From: the human T2T-CHM13v2.0 reference genome, Homo sapiens
Reading direction: 5' to 3' (one strand)
DNA length: 64,000 nt
NCBI RefSeq assembly: GCF_009914755.1
Contig: NC_060942.1
This document shows, in pieces, positions 63,555 to 64,000 of the stretch; the first letter of the stretch is position 1; every line of letters begins with the position of its first letter. A program made the position numbers and the translations under genes. The notes below the pieces were generated by a model, which did not search any database, was not told the origin of the DNA, and saw only the letters and a program-made list of their open reading frames with translations.

Positions 63555-64000
63555 CTGGCATATGCTTTCGCCTCTTTTTTCACTCAGGAAACTTCGATTT
63601 ACCCCTTAAGATTAAGTCGTTCCTCCCCTCAGAACACTTAACCAAGTGACTGTCTGTCTCTTGTGACAGTCTCAAGTGACAGTATGTGGAGAAAACAACT
63701 AGTTAGTAGAAGCTCTGGGTGACAAAGGTGGATTTGGCAGAAGTAGTTCATTCAACAAGCACCTGTTAGGCACCTGCTCTGTGACCACCATGGGTGTGGA
63801 AGCCACAATGCTTGCTTTACAGAACCTCCATGCTGGTATCGCCAGGTGTCCTGTTTCTGCGTTGTTCCCATGTTTTACTTCCTCACTGTTTTGCCTGCAC
63901 TTCCTGGGTTTTCTATACTTAGCTCCGGGCTTCAGTTTTAGGTAACGCACTGACTTTTGAGTCCCTCAGGTTCTCTGTGCAACTTCCCAAGAGCAGCCTG

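Overview
Human genomic DNA; a 5'-truncated AluYb8, an essentially human-specific subfamily, fixes the species. The window is AT-rich, repeat-dense and gene-poor: I can support no cellular protein-coding gene, rRNA/tRNA gene, CpG island or CRISPR array, and nearly all ORFs in the track are chance or repeat-derived. The main feature is an 8.4-kb, two-LTR class I (gamma/epsilon-like) endogenous retrovirus at 13765-22194. It has a 4-bp CACA target duplication, a primer-binding site matching elongator tRNA-Met, a 1.3-kb leader with a candidate hydrophobic pre-gag ORF, decayed gag-pro-pol, and env reduced to a Cys-rich stub. It sits inside a MER58-type DNA transposon, which sits inside an old L1 ORF1, and carries three later Alu insertions. 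Also present: a 4.6-kb 5'-truncated L1PA (minus), a 7-kb nest of old L1s including a twin-primed 5'-inverted L1PB, many solo LTRs, MIR/L2 fragments, microsatellites, a few motif-dense unique stretches (candidate enhancers) and strong + strand splice-site pairs that may be exons of an unidentified transcript. Repeat subfamily names come from remembered consensus sequences and need RepeatMasker/Dfam confirmation. I see no evidence of a wholly new biological system.
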